From NCBI GenBank assembly GCA_938083505.1, contig CALKCF010000006.1, positions 64,001 to 128,000 of the forward strand: a DNA stretch of 64,000 bases, written 5' to 3'. Below are positions 30,206 through 40,397 of this stretch, piece after piece; position 1 is the first letter of the stretch, and each line of letters starts with the position of its first letter. The translations under genes and the position numbers were made by a program. The stretch is from an uncultured archaeon. Its GTDB lineage: Archaea; Thermoproteota; Nitrososphaeria_A; Caldarchaeales; Wolframiiraptoraceae. The notes under the pieces were generated by a model, which was not told the origin of the DNA, did no database searches, and was given only the letters and a program-made list of their open reading frames with translations.

Positions 30206-31372
30206 TCATCTCCTTTGTCTCCCGAATATGTGAATTACACACGTGCTCCCGGAGCCACCGATGTTTTGTGTCATGCCTATTTCAGCGCCTGAGACCTGTC
30301 TCTTTCCAGCTTCTCCCCTTAGTTGCTGCACTATCTCAACAATCTGTGCGGCACCGGTTGCGCCTATAGGATTGCCCCTAGCCTTCAGACCGCCGCTTGG
30401 GTTAACGGGTATTCTACCACCGATCTCTGTCTCACCTTCTTCTATCATCAACCCTCCCTTCCCCTTTTCGCATAGGCCCAAGTCCTCATACGATATTATC
30501 TCTGTGATCGTAAAGTTATCGTGCAGCTCGGCAACGTCAATGTTCTTAGGTTCTATACCGGCCATCTTATACGCCTGCCTTGATGCACTTACAACAGCGT
30601 ACAGCGTAGTTATATCAAATCTGTCGTGCAAAGCGATGCTGTCCGATGCTGTGCCGAATCCAAGCACATACACAGGAGTGTCAGTATATTTCTTTGCAAG
30701 TTCTGCAGAACATAATATGATAGCGGCTGCACCGTCAGTCACAGGCGAACAGTCCAAGACGTGCAATGGATCAGAAACTATGGGGGATGCTAGTACACGT
30801 TCTACTGTGACCTCGAATTGGAATTGCGCTAACGGGTTCTTTGTTGCATTCTTGTGGTTTTTGACAGAAACCATCGCGAGTTGCTCGGGCTTTGTGCCAT
30901 ATTGAATCATGTGCCTCCTAGCGATCAAAGCAAATGCTGCCGGAAGCGTAAGTCCGAAGAAGGCCTCCCACTCTACATCCATTGCCTTTGCATGTACACT
31001 CATCGCCTCAGGTGCTGAAATGTCTGTCATCTTCTCCACACCACCAACCATCACTATATCGTATATGCCGGACGCTACTGCCATATAGGCTAAGTTAAAA
31101 GCCATACCGGAGGATGCGCATGCACTCTCGATCCTAAAGGCGGGCTTGGACCTCAACGATAAGTAATCCGCCAAAAGAGGCGCCACGTGTTCTTGTCCTA
31201 CAAAGCTACCTGCAGAGAAGTTACCCACGAAAAGTGCTTGAACTTCCTTCCTATTCATATTTGCATCTTTTAGCGCCTCGTTTGCTGCTTCGACGAAAAG
31301 GTCCCTGAGTTGCTTATCCCATCTCTCACCGAACCTTGTCATTCCGATACCTACTACCGCCACATCACGCAA
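30206..31372 (-). CDS. Acetoacetyl-CoA thiolase (archaeal type)
   Basis: ESACASS, DCSPVTDGAAA, ELHD, NPSGGLK, NIGG. Confidence 0.93.
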   Translation of the reverse strand: MRDVAVVGIGMTRFGERWDKQLRDLFVEAANEALKDANMNRKEVQALFVGNFSAGSFVGQEHVAPLLADYLSLRSKPAFRIESACASSGMAFNLAYMAVASGIYDIVMVGGVEKMTDISAPEAMSVHAKAMDVEWEAFFGLTLPAAFALIARRHMIQYGTKPEQLAMVSVKNHKNATKNPLAQFQFEVTVERVLASPIVSDPLHVLDCSPVTDGAAAIILCSAELAKKYTDTPVYVLGFGTASDSIALHDRFDITTLYAVVSASRQAYKMAGIEPKNIDVAELHDNFTITEIISYEDLGLCEKGKGGLMIEEGETEIGGRIPVNPSGGLKARGNPIGATGAAQIVEIVQQLRGEAGKRQVSGAEIGMTQNIGGSGSTCVIHIFGRQRR

Positions 31373-31382
31373 ACACCTCACC

Positions 31383-32453
31383 TCACAACACTATCTTTCC
31401 CCAGAACCTTGCGTAGAGACTATAATCAACGTACTTCTTTCTGTTGATGAAGTCTTCTACCTTAGGTGCTAGATCCCTTTTCCTTTCTATACCCTCTGCC
31501 ACGACTATACTAAAAGCATCCGACCCTGAACCGGAGCCAAATGACACCAAGAGTATTCTCTGACCCGGCTTAGCTTGGTCGAGTACTTTACATAGTCCAG
31601 TAGGTGAGGAGCCGGAATAAAAGTTTCCCACGATGGGTGACAGCAAACCTGGCAACACCTTACTATCACTGAACCCTAATCTTTTTGCAACCTCAACCGG
31701 GAATGAGCCGTTGGGCTGATGCGGAACTATATAATCAAAATCTTCTGGTGTCATGTTAAGCTCTTTCATTAAACCAGTAGCGGCCGCAATTATATGTCTA
31801 AAGTATGCGGGTTCTCCTGTAAACCTTCCGCCATGCCTTGGATACTTACTTAAGTCTCTTCTCCAAAAATCCGGTGTATCCGTACCTATCGAGTACTGTC
31901 CTTCAAAATATGCTATAGGGTCACCCAAGTCATGACCTATTATGAAAGCAGAGCCGCCTGCTGAGGCTGTATACTCCAGCACGTCACCGGGTAAGGATTG
32001 GGAACAGTCAGCAGCGATTGCAAGTCCGTATTTGATCATGCCAGACCTCGCCTGGGCTATGCAACTTATGATGGCTTCGGTGCCACCTTTGCATGCAAAC
32101 TCATAATCAGCCAATCTAACCGACATAGGGGCACCTATCGCGGCCGCTACTATAGTCGATGTTGGTTTAACAGCATATGGTTTCGACTCCGAGCCTGAGT
32201 ATATCGCTCCTATGTCCTTCGGACTAACTTCGGGTGCTCTTTTTAATGCATTCCTAGCAGCCTCCACAGCTATCGTAATCTGGTCCTCGTCTGGTCCCTT
32301 TACAGAAATCTCTTGGACCTTTAGCCCTCTCAACATATCCAAAGATTCGCCCCACACACGTGCTATGTTCTCTATCTTGATCCTATATCTTGGTATGTAA
32401 GAGCCATAACCGACTATCGCCGTCTTTTTATCTTTGAAAGTTACCATAAACAT
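31383..32453 (-). CDS. hmgB: Hydroxymethylglutaryl-CoA synthase
   Basis: [40 protein letters not shown]. Confidence 0.95.
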   Translation of the reverse strand: MFMVTFKDKKTAIVGYGSYIPRYRIKIENIARVWGESLDMLRGLKVQEISVKGPDEDQITIAVEAARNALKRAPEVSPKDIGAIYSGSESKPYAVKPTSTIVAAAIGAPMSVRLADYEFACKGGTEAIISCIAQARSGMIKYGLAIAADCSQSLPGDVLEYTASAGGSAFIIGHDLGDPIAYFEGQYSIGTDTPDFWRRDLSKYPRHGGRFTGEPAYFRHIIAAATGLMKELNMTPEDFDYIVPHQPNGSFPVEVAKRLGFSDSKVLPGLLSPIVGNFYSGSSPTGLCKVLDQAKPGQRILLVSFGSGSGSDAFSIVVAEGIERKRDLAPKVEDFINRKKYVDYSLYARFWGKIVL

Positions 32454-32461
32454 TCACCTAC

Positions 32462-33730
32462 TTAAGTAGCCCCTCTCAATTTTTGTAATATTTCAATCGC
32501 TTTGTCTAACCTTATAACTCCCTCCTTCACCATAAACTCTGCAACCTTGTCCACTTCGTCACCAACAGCACCAGCCATGACAGCAACGTTCTTTGCATGT
32601 AAAGACATGTGGCCTTTCTGGATGCCCTCTGCTGCCAGCGCTCTTAACGCTGCGAGGTTCTGGGCAAGACCTACCGCTCCGACGACTTCGGCCAACTCGG
32701 ATGCTGTCTTGACGCCAAGTATCTTAAGGCACACCCTCGCCAAGGGGTTTGTCTTTGTTGCGCCACCAACTGTACCTAAAGCCAAGGGCATCTCTAAGGT
32801 GCCGACTAAGTTGCCGTGCTCATCGAGTCCCCATTTTGATAGGGGCTCATATCTTCCGTTCCTCGCTGCATAGGCATGAGCACCTGCCTCTACCGCCCTC
32901 CAATCGTTTCCTGTAGCTATAACTACAGCATCCACACCATTCATTATTCCTTTGTTGTGCGTTGCGGCTCTGTAAGGATCAGCAGCTGCAAAAGCCCATG
33001 CGTAAACTATACCTTTTGCCACCTCCTCTCCACCGACAGCGTCACTTGGTACAACAGCTTTCACCCTCACGAGCCTCTTATCCGCTAGGTTAGATATTAT
33101 TCTGAGGTAGACCTTTCCACCAGTTATCTGTGAGATGTAAGGAGCGACAGCTTCGGCCATCGTGTTGACGGCATTCGCACCCATTGCATCCCTTACGTCC
33201 ACCAGAATATGGACGATGAGCATCGGCCCCTCAGGAGAATTGATTATTCTTACCTCCAAATCTTTAGCGCCACCTCCCAGATTCACTAGGACCGGGTCTT
33301 TCTCGTTGGCTATCTTAAGTATCTCGTCTTTAACCTTCAACACGTCAAATTTCGCACCCTCGATATCCTTAATTCCGACGACTTGCACTTGCCCTATCAT
33401 CACAGGTTCAGTAGTCATGGAAAATATCCCTCCGCCTTCCCTCATCATTCTTGCCGCGTTAGATGCGGCTGCGACTACCGACGGTTCTTCGATCACCATC
33501 GGTATCAGGTAGTCCTTACCGTTTATCAAGAAGTTTGTCGCTATACCCAGCGGTAGCCCAAAGGTTCCTATGACGTTCTCTATCATCTTGTTTGCCACGG
33601 ATAAATCTAACCCACCATGCTTCTTCAGAAGCTCGACCTCTTCGGGCGTAAGGTCAGCGAACTCTGCGACATATTTTAGCCTCTCTTCCGGCGAAAGTTG
33701 ATAAAATCGAGGTATTCTGGACGATTTCAT
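32462..33730 (-). CDS. mvaA: HMG-CoA reductase, class II type
   Basis: ENVIG, EEPSVVAA, DAMGAN, THNKGIMNG, GIQKGHMSLHA. Confidence 0.95.
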   Translation of the reverse strand: MKSSRIPRFYQLSPEERLKYVAEFADLTPEEVELLKKHGGLDLSVANKMIENVIGTFGLPLGIATNFLINGKDYLIPMVIEEPSVVAAASNAARMMREGGGIFSMTTEPVMIGQVQVVGIKDIEGAKFDVLKVKDEILKIANEKDPVLVNLGGGAKDLEVRIINSPEGPMLIVHILVDVRDAMGANAVNTMAEAVAPYISQITGGKVYLRIISNLADKRLVRVKAVVPSDAVGGEEVAKGIVYAWAFAAADPYRAATHNKGIMNGVDAVVIATGNDWRAVEAGAHAYAARNGRYEPLSKWGLDEHGNLVGTLEMPLALGTVGGATKTNPLARVCLKILGVKTASELAEVVGAVGLAQNLAALRALAAEGIQKGHMSLHAKNVAVMAGAVGDEVDKVAEFMVKEGVIRLDKAIEILQKLRGAT

Positions 33731-33751
33731 GATATAATTTTAAAAAAACGT

Positions 33752-33881
33752 TAGATAAATTTCTTACGTTAACGTAAAAAGAATGCTTTATGACGAATTT
33801 CGTAATAATGCACATTCACGAAAACATTTACCTAAATGTTTTCGCAAAATTCTGCTTTTATGCGGAACGGTTGTAACCGTT
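33752..33881 (-). promoter_or_regulatory. TATA-like element and four inverted repeats upstream of HMG-CoA reductase
   Basis: TTTATCTA about 30 nt before the ATG; palindromes at 33764-33777, 33788-33808, 33819-33844, 33866-33881. Confidence 0.55.
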
Positions 33882-33888
33882 GTTAGAA

Positions 33889-34872
33889 TCAACTTTTTAC
33901 AAGCCATGCTCTTACGCCGGCGTTGTTCTTCCTAACCACCATCGGTTGTCCACCATTCTCCTCAATTGCTTTACACACCGCCGCCCTTTTGCTCAACGTC
34001 GTTAGGCTTATCATGCAACCACCACCTCCACCGCCCGTTAGCTTGCTTCCTAAAGCCCCGGCCTTTCTCACAGCCTCTACCAACCTGTCTAAGGATTCAT
34101 GGGAGACACCGATGACCTTAAGTAGCTCATGGTTCATGTTCATCAGTACTCCCAGAATCACAAGGTCCATTTCCTTGAATGCTTTTAAAGCTAAATTCGA
34201 TATCCAGTTCATGACTCCCATAAGTTGGCTTATTCCTTCGATCTTCTTGGTTTTCTTCCTGCTTACTATGGATACGAACTTGCCAGTTGAACGCTGTATT
34301 CCCGTATTGCCCACAACAAGATCGATGTCGCGATTTATTCTCTTCGGTTTACTACCGTCTTGTATTCTCCAAACCAAAAGACCTCCATAGACTGATATAA
34401 GAGGATCTACACCAGAGGGCGTTACATGTACATACCTTTCTGCCTGCAATGAGAGTCTCCATATTTGCTCCTTATCGATTTCATGACCTAAAACCTTACT
34501 AACCGCCGCTACTGTAGCCACGGATATTGCTCCTGAGGAACCTAAACCTACAGATGATGGGATTGTGGAATATACATCTATGTTTAAGCCCTTCCTCTCA
34601 TCAAAATGATCCAAGACCGTTTTAGCCGCTATTCTCACAGGTTCAAGAAAACTCACAGACTTTTTACCACCCATAAGCGGTTTAGCGGCACCATTTTTGT
34701 ACTCACAAGCAAAACCCAAGTCTGAGCATATCCTTAACGATCCATCTTCCCTAATGGAGACTGATACCTTGACTACCCTATCTATAGCCATGACTATAGC
34801 AGGCACGTTGTAGACCACAAAGTGCTCACCATAAAGGATGACCTTACCGGGTGCTATGGCAACTGCTTTCAA
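33889..34872 (-). CDS. mvk: Mevalonate kinase
   Basis: APGKVILYGEHFVVY, GLGSSGA, PSGVD, KLTGGGGGG; TTG start after AGGTGG. Confidence 0.93.
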   Translation of the reverse strand: MKAVAIAPGKVILYGEHFVVYNVPAIVMAIDRVVKVSVSIREDGSLRICSDLGFACEYKNGAAKPLMGGKKSVSFLEPVRIAAKTVLDHFDERKGLNIDVYSTIPSSVGLGSSGAISVATVAAVSKVLGHEIDKEQIWRLSLQAERYVHVTPSGVDPLISVYGGLLVWRIQDGSKPKRINRDIDLVVGNTGIQRSTGKFVSIVSRKKTKKIEGISQLMGVMNWISNLALKAFKEMDLVILGVLMNMNHELLKVIGVSHESLDRLVEAVRKAGALGSKLTGGGGGGCMISLTTLSKRAAVCKAIEENGGQPMVVRKNNAGVRAWLVKS

Positions 34873-34994
34873 GGGTCTACATCCACCTAATCTGTCCAAT
34901 TTTTAAATTTGAGCGTTCGCTTATTTTTGTTTTCAGCTTGCCCACAAAGTTCCGAAATTCGCAACTGTCTCGCCAAATCCTAGAAGGTTTGGTA

Positions 34995-35372
34995 TCATAC
35001 CCGACCTTGGAGTATCCGTCTGTAAAAAGACTTCCTGATCCTGTCCACACCCCTAAAGAGGTCTCCTTGTCTTCTGTACCTAGCATTCATGACGTTAAGT
35101 TTCCTTTTACCCCCTTCTTCCTTTAGCAGCATGTACTTGACAGTCCCACTTGTTCCCCTATCCCTAAAATCTCTTTCAACCTCTACCAGCATATGGTACA
35201 TAACCCTGCCACCGTTTGCCATGACGGCGCTTATAGCAAAGCCGCATTTACCGAACTTTTCATAAAGGGCAAGCTCTTCAGCATAATGACGGTAAGTTAT
35301 TAGACCTATGACATGCTTATCCTCGATCTTTGTGAGTATGTCGCTAATAATGCTCTTTAGGCTAGTTCTCAT
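34995..35372 (-). CDS. Hypothetical protein (125 aa)
   Basis: ATG ORF filling the gap, co-oriented with neighbours; no motif recognised. Confidence 0.6.
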   Translation of the reverse strand: MRTSLKSIISDILTKIEDKHVIGLITYRHYAEELALYEKFGKCGFAISAVMANGGRVMYHMLVEVERDFRDRGTSGTVKYMLLKEEGGKRKLNVMNARYRRQGDLFRGVDRIRKSFYRRILQGRV

Positions 35373-35427
35373 GGATTTCTATAGAGTGGATGCTTACTTA
35401 TATTAGTAACCGTTCAAACTTTGAAGG

Positions 35428-36282
35428 CTACTGACTTTCTTCTAACTCTATTAGTATAGAAGCATAGCCCACGACTGCCGACCTATCACCGGTAACGTCC
35501 CCACTTGTTGCATACTTCAACAACCTGGCACTCTTGGCACCCAGAATCTTCGATGCCGTCATCATGGCAGCAACAGGTCCGTAACCACATGCTGTAATTC
35601 TATGCTTGAATAGCGCGTCATAAAATCCTTCAACATCCAAGGCACTTATACGTTCTATTGCCATCATATCTTTTTTCTTAGCAACAGAGTCCGGTTCGTA
35701 ATGTGTGAAATCAGATGAGGCTATGAGTAACACATCTTGCTCGTCGACCAATTCTGCTAAAACCCTACCAACTTCTTCTGCCACGTCCTTATCCTGGTTC
35801 AGCATTACTATGGGTACTAGTCTGAATGTTCCTAAAACATACTGAAGAAACGGGAGCTGGACTTCAAGCGAGTGTTCTTCCTCATGTGAATATTCGTCAA
35901 GGCTTATCAAATCCGAGCTCTTCGAGATACGTTTGGCCAATTCCGAGTCTATCGGTACACTACCAAGTGGGGTGTACCATTCGCCCTCCGGATATACAGA
36001 AACTTCTGAACCTAAACCAGCATGGTTGGGCCCCACTATAACTACGACCTTTGGTTTTCTTCTACCTTCAAGGGAAGCGTATGAGTGAGCTGCCACGGGT
36101 CCAGAATAAATGTAACCCGCATGGGGGCACACAAGCGCGGGTATTTTTTTATCACCCCATACATTTTTTGGTAATCTTCCTGGCCCTAGTGTATGTAAAA
36201 AAGCGTCTTTTATCTGTTCTATCAGAAGTCTCTGAGTGCCGGCATAAAAACTACCGGCAACGAGTGGCCTACGTATACCCAT
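35428..36282 (-). CDS. MEMO1 family protein (AmmeMemoRadiSam protein B)
   Basis: RRPLVAGSFY, PHAGYIYSG, GPNH, EHSLEVQLPF, ASSDFTHY, CGYGP. Confidence 0.93.
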   Translation of the reverse strand: MGIRRPLVAGSFYAGTQRLLIEQIKDAFLHTLGPGRLPKNVWGDKKIPALVCPHAGYIYSGPVAAHSYASLEGRRKPKVVVIVGPNHAGLGSEVSVYPEGEWYTPLGSVPIDSELAKRISKSSDLISLDEYSHEEEHSLEVQLPFLQYVLGTFRLVPIVMLNQDKDVAEEVGRVLAELVDEQDVLLIASSDFTHYEPDSVAKKKDMMAIERISALDVEGFYDALFKHRITACGYGPVAAMMTASKILGAKSARLLKYATSGDVTGDRSAVVGYASILIELEESQ

Positions 36283-36335
36283 CCCTAGCCTCCAGATATT
36301 TATTGATTGCCTGTTATTAAAACTTCATGCAAAGC

Positions 36336-36950
36336 CTAAGCGACCGATGTTGACATAAAGCTTTCGGGCAGTATCTCTGCTTCTTTCTCCGGCGTCAGCA
36401 AACCCCTCTCCATCAAGACACGCTTTGCTAAATACCAGAACGCGTACGGCAAAGACGACTTCCCCCTATTATTTATTGGAACAGCCAGATCTATGTTACT
36501 GAGCATATTGTCCGTGCTACAGAACGCTATTACCGGTATCCTCGCTATAGCAGCCTCTTCTATAGCCTGGGCATCATAGCGAGGGTCGGAAACTAGTATA
36601 AGTTGGGGTTCTGTATAGTACTTTAAGACCCTGTTCGTAAACATTCCCGAACGAATCTTTTGGACGACGGGTATGCAACCGGTAAGTTCGCAAAACCTCT
36701 GGACTGCTCTGATTCCGTAAATGTGCGTCGATATCACAGCGACTTTTTCCGGTGGAAAGAACGAGATGAATTTTGCAGCGATATTAAGCCTCTCGATCGT
36801 CTTTTTTACATCTATTAGGTAGATGCCGTCCTGTCTCAACTTGAATATGAACTTCTCAGCATGTTTCACCTTAACCTTTGAGCCGACGTGTACGGCATTC
36901 TTCACGAATAGCTCCATGATTTCTGCTTCTGCTGATTGCGTTGACTCCAT
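36336..36950 (-). CDS. rps2: 30S ribosomal protein uS2
   Basis: VHVGSK, RQDGIYLID, DPRYDAQAIEEA, PINNRG. Confidence 0.95.
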   Translation of the reverse strand: MESTQSAEAEIMELFVKNAVHVGSKVKVKHAEKFIFKLRQDGIYLIDVKKTIERLNIAAKFISFFPPEKVAVISTHIYGIRAVQRFCELTGCIPVVQKIRSGMFTNRVLKYYTEPQLILVSDPRYDAQAIEEAAIARIPVIAFCSTDNMLSNIDLAVPINNRGKSSLPYAFWYLAKRVLMERGLLTPEKEAEILPESFMSTSVA

Positions 36951-38207
36951 TTATCCACCCCCTAACGTCGCCATCCTTAACTTGCTGCCTAACTTTTCTC
37001 CGATTCTTAACAACTCGTTCACCTTTGCGACCCTTTCTCCACCAACTACGCCCGACTTAATTAATTTACACCCAAAACCGACCGCTATATGGGCAAGATG
37101 CCCCTCTGGTGTCTCTCCTGACCTATGAGATGCTACAGTTATCATGCCAAGCCCTTGCGCGACTTTACACGCATTCCATGTATCGGTAAGCGTCCCAACC
37201 TGGTTGGGCTTAATGATTACAGCATTAGCTGCTTCAATTTCGCCAGCTTTTTTGATAAGCTTTGCGTTAGTCACCACAAGGTCATCAGCGCAAACCAAAA
37301 CGTCCGGCACAGCCTTAAGTATCTCCTTAAAGCCCTCAAAATCGTGCTCCTCGACAGGGTCCTCAACATAGATCAGATTGAACTCTCGTATAAGAGAGAG
37401 TATGTAATTTATGTGTTCATCTCTCGTCATTTGCTTGCCCTCATTCTCGTAAATGTAGCATCCTATTTTCTCATCCCATAGGCTTGATGCGGCAACATCT
37501 ATGCCGACCCCAAGCTTTATGCTCGTCATTTCTGAGACCCTATCGGCTGCTTCAACAACACTCTCTAAAGCATTACGTATGCATATGTTCGGTGCATATG
37601 CTCCCTCATCGCCTTTTCCAAGTGGAAAGTTAGGCAACTTCTTCTGGAGAATTTTCCCCAGTTCCTTATGGACCAAAACATTTGCCATTATTGCATCGAA
37701 AGGTGTCCTGGGGTTAAGCGGGACCGTCAGTATCTCCTGTATGTCAGGCGCACCCTTACCCGCATGCTTACCTCCGCCTAATACGTTACCTAACGGCAGT
37801 GGAATAGTTGAAGCACTAGGATTCAAAAACTCGTAAAGCGGTTTACCCAAAGATGCTGAAGCGGCTAAGGCCGTTGCAAGGGATATGACATAAGCAAGAT
37901 TTCCCCCAATCTTTTCAAACCTATCAGTACCGTCGATCTCTTTGAGCATCAAATCTATTGATTCTTGTTCGGATGCATCAAGGCCTATTAAGCGTCGTCT
38001 TATGTCTTTCTCGAATATTTTAATGGATTCTCTGACTCCGCCAAAAGGATATGGAACAACTTCCTTCATGCCCCTACTTTTGCCGGCAGGGGCTGCGGCC
38101 ACTCCCAGACCTTTGGCAGTCATGATCTCAATTTCTATTGTCTCGTTGCCCCTGCTATCGAACACTATCCTCGCATGGGCATCTATAATTTTCGACGGGC
38201 TACTCAC
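36951..38207 (-). CDS. eno: Enolase
   Basis: [30 protein letters not shown]. Confidence 0.95.
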   Translation of the reverse strand: MSSPSKIIDAHARIVFDSRGNETIEIEIMTAKGLGVAAAPAGKSRGMKEVVPYPFGGVRESIKIFEKDIRRRLIGLDASEQESIDLMLKEIDGTDRFEKIGGNLAYVISLATALAASASLGKPLYEFLNPSASTIPLPLGNVLGGGKHAGKGAPDIQEILTVPLNPRTPFDAIMANVLVHKELGKILQKKLPNFPLGKGDEGAYAPNICIRNALESVVEAADRVSEMTSIKLGVGIDVAASSLWDEKIGCYIYENEGKQMTRDEHINYILSLIREFNLIYVEDPVEEHDFEGFKEILKAVPDVLVCADDLVVTNAKLIKKAGEIEAANAVIIKPNQVGTLTDTWNACKVAQGLGMITVASHRSGETPEGHLAHIAVGFGCKLIKSGVVGGERVAKVNELLRIGEKLGSKLRMATLGGG

Positions 38208-38428
38208 GTCCTCATGTCTCCCTTCTTACCGAACTTTAATCTAAATTCTACAACCTCGTCAAAGTAATCCTCCGCAGATATAAACATCCTCCTGCAGCAG
38301 TATCTCTTTACACCTAGCTCATCAAGAACCTTCGCAGGGCTCTCGCCCGCATCTACCCTAGCTTTGTATTCTTCCCATTTATCCGCTATGAGGGCACCAC
38401 ATGTGAAGCATCTAATCGGAAACATCAA
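38204..38428 (-). CDS. rpoN: RNA polymerase subunit Rpo10 (N)
   Basis: [15 protein letters not shown]. Confidence 0.97.
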   Translation of the reverse strand: MMFPIRCFTCGALIADKWEEYKARVDAGESPAKVLDELGVKRYCCRRMFISAEDYFDEVVEFRLKFGKKGDMRT

Positions 38429-38455
38429 GTCGAACTACACCAGCCCCAAATATTA

Positions 38456-38857
38456 TTACCTATAAGATTTTTGCTTGAACCTTCTTGCTGATCTCCTGTT
38501 TGGTTTTTTGGGCTCAGTTCTACGTGGGTCGTCCACCAATAATGCACGGTCAAACTGGAGTATTGCTTCTCTTGCCTTTAAGCTGTGAGCTGCGACAGCT
38601 TTTGCTATTGCAATCGCTATGGCATCAGAGGTGGCGAAAACTCCACCACCAGAAACCTTTACGTCAAACGTATGCGTTTTCCAAAATTTCTCATCAAAAT
38701 GCAGCGGGGTCAATATTTTTTTGATGAGAAATTCATGACCAAGCGCATTGACTGGCATGTTATTTACTAGCACTTCACCATTTCCATGCCTCACCTTGAG
38801 CCTTGCCACGGCCGTCTTCCTTTTTCCCACGAAGACTTGTTCGAGCACCTTACTCAC
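38456..38857 (-). CDS. rps9: 30S ribosomal protein uS9
   Basis: GKRKTAVAR, VSGGG, DPRRTEPKK, QKSYR. Confidence 0.96.
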   Translation of the reverse strand: MSKVLEQVFVGKRKTAVARLKVRHGNGEVLVNNMPVNALGHEFLIKKILTPLHFDEKFWKTHTFDVKVSGGGVFATSDAIAIAIAKAVAAHSLKAREAILQFDRALLVDDPRRTEPKKPNRRSARRFKQKSYR

Positions 38858-39339
38858 GTTTCTCTCCCACCTCTTAACTCCCTAGATATTTGCTCGATGT
38901 TCATGTGTCTTATAAGCTTACCACTCCTGTTTCTAATACTGGTTAGTTTGGCATCTTCAAAGGACACGAGTTTTCTATTCTTATACTTTTCCGGCATGCC
39001 TACGTACACTTTAAGCCTCTGCATTGCCATACTACCTTTAGCCTTATCCCTTGGGAGCATTCTCACTATTGCGTACCACACCAGTTTATCCGGCATTCTT
39101 GGATACCATACACTCGGCCTATGTATTGACCTCTTCTGGCTCCTTCCCAAAAGCATAAGATACCTCTCAAGTATGGCTTTTTTGTTTCCAGTGATTATAG
39201 CTTTCTCAGCATTTACGACAACGACCCTTTTACCCTGCATAAGGTTCTTCGCTATGTAGGACGCCATCCTGCCCAGCTTTAGGTTCGTAGCATCAACAAC
39301 TATCTCTTCTTCCTGTATAGAATTCTGAATGCTAGCCAA
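38854..39339 (-). CDS. rpl13: 50S ribosomal protein uL13
   Basis: VVDA..LGRMAS..AK, VNAEKAIITG, MLP. Confidence 0.94.
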   Translation of the reverse strand: MASIQNSIQEEEIVVDATNLKLGRMASYIAKNLMQGKRVVVVNAEKAIITGNKKAILERYLMLLGRSQKRSIHRPSVWYPRMPDKLVWYAIVRMLPRDKAKGSMAMQRLKVYVGMPEKYKNRKLVSFEDAKLTSIRNRSGKLIRHMNIEQISRELRGGRET

Positions 39340-39673
39340 TTATCTTCACACCCCTTCCTTTTGGGTAGAGTTTCATAAAATCCTCTATAGAGAAAACATT
39401 ACCGCCAGCTCTCGTAACCTTCTCATATGCGGATTTAGAAAAGGCAAAGGCAGAGACCGTAACAGGATGATCCATATTCCCAAAACCCAGCAACTTACCT
39501 GGGACGAATACAACATCATCATCTTTTGTATATCTATTCAACTTATGCACATTTACCACCCTCCTTCTCCTTTTTGGCTTATTCGCCTCTTCGAGAATAG
39601 CTCTCCAAAACCTAGACTCCTTTGCTAACTTTTTGAGCGTAAGGCATGCTTGTAAGTTAAGCATGCTACTCAC
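39332..39673 (-). CDS. rpl18e: 50S ribosomal protein eL18
   Basis: VNVHKLNRY, VPGKLLGFG, AFAFSKSA. Confidence 0.95.
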   Translation of the reverse strand: MSSMLNLQACLTLKKLAKESRFWRAILEEANKPKRRRRVVNVHKLNRYTKDDDVVFVPGKLLGFGNMDHPVTVSAFAFSKSAYEKVTRAGGNVFSIEDFMKLYPKGRGVKIIG

Positions 39674-40319
39674 ACCCCTTAATCGTACGCATCAAGTTGT
39701 TTACTTTCTTGTTAAGAATTCTAATGGCCTCGAGTACCATCCTCTTCGGCTTTAAGAATCCAAAAGATTCCACGAAAAGTATTCTCTTCTCAACATTTTC
39801 TTTAGATTCATATAACGTCGCTATACCCGGTTGCCATTTAGCGTGCTTCTTCCCCCTTCCAACCCTCACATAGAGCTCGAGTTCTATCTTCTCGCCGGGT
39901 GCTAGTTTAACGATCGGTATGTTCCCGCTGACAGGGACAACTGTTGTGTTTGGGTCTTCTGGTGTCATATCCCTAGAATATACGGTCATGGGCTGGTCAC
40001 CCGCTTCCGCTTTTAGAACATATCTAACAACGCATTTCTCGCAACCTAGTTTACTGCCACACGTACACTCCTCTGGTGGCACGTAACGGTCGATGTCTGA
40101 GACAAATGGAATCAAAGATATCCTGTGGGCAAGTATTTCGTTAGTCATACCAGAGCTATTCTCTATGATGAGTACTTCTTCGACCGCCATCGTGGGTACC
40201 TCAGATATTATTAGTCTTCTTATAGCGTTAGCTACTGCTAAAGGCACACCTTCAAACTCGACCTTTACTGACTTGCCGTCCGATTCCAGTAACTTTACCG
40301 CCATGTTTTCGCCGCTCAT
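39666..40319 (-). CDS. rpoD: RNA polymerase subunit Rpo3 (D)
   Basis: ANAIRR, EVPTMA, EILAHRI, IPIVKL, HAKWQP. Confidence 0.96.
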   Translation of the reverse strand: MSGENMAVKLLESDGKSVKVEFEGVPLAVANAIRRLIISEVPTMAVEEVLIIENSSGMTNEILAHRISLIPFVSDIDRYVPPEECTCGSKLGCEKCVVRYVLKAEAGDQPMTVYSRDMTPEDPNTTVVPVSGNIPIVKLAPGEKIELELYVRVGRGKKHAKWQPGIATLYESKENVEKRILFVESFGFLKPKRMVLEAIRILNKKVNNLMRTIKGCE

Positions 40320-40397
40320 ACCTTGCCGCTCTCTTCCGGCTTTTTATTAACTGTTGGCTAAATACCTTTTCATTAAAAAAGACGCCTTTATTTATGC

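Noticed and set aside
30243-30905. Long antisense ORFs (also 52674-53297, 22920-23396, 33923-34390 and others)
   Set aside because: Lie almost entirely within well-supported genes on the opposite strand and show no motifs
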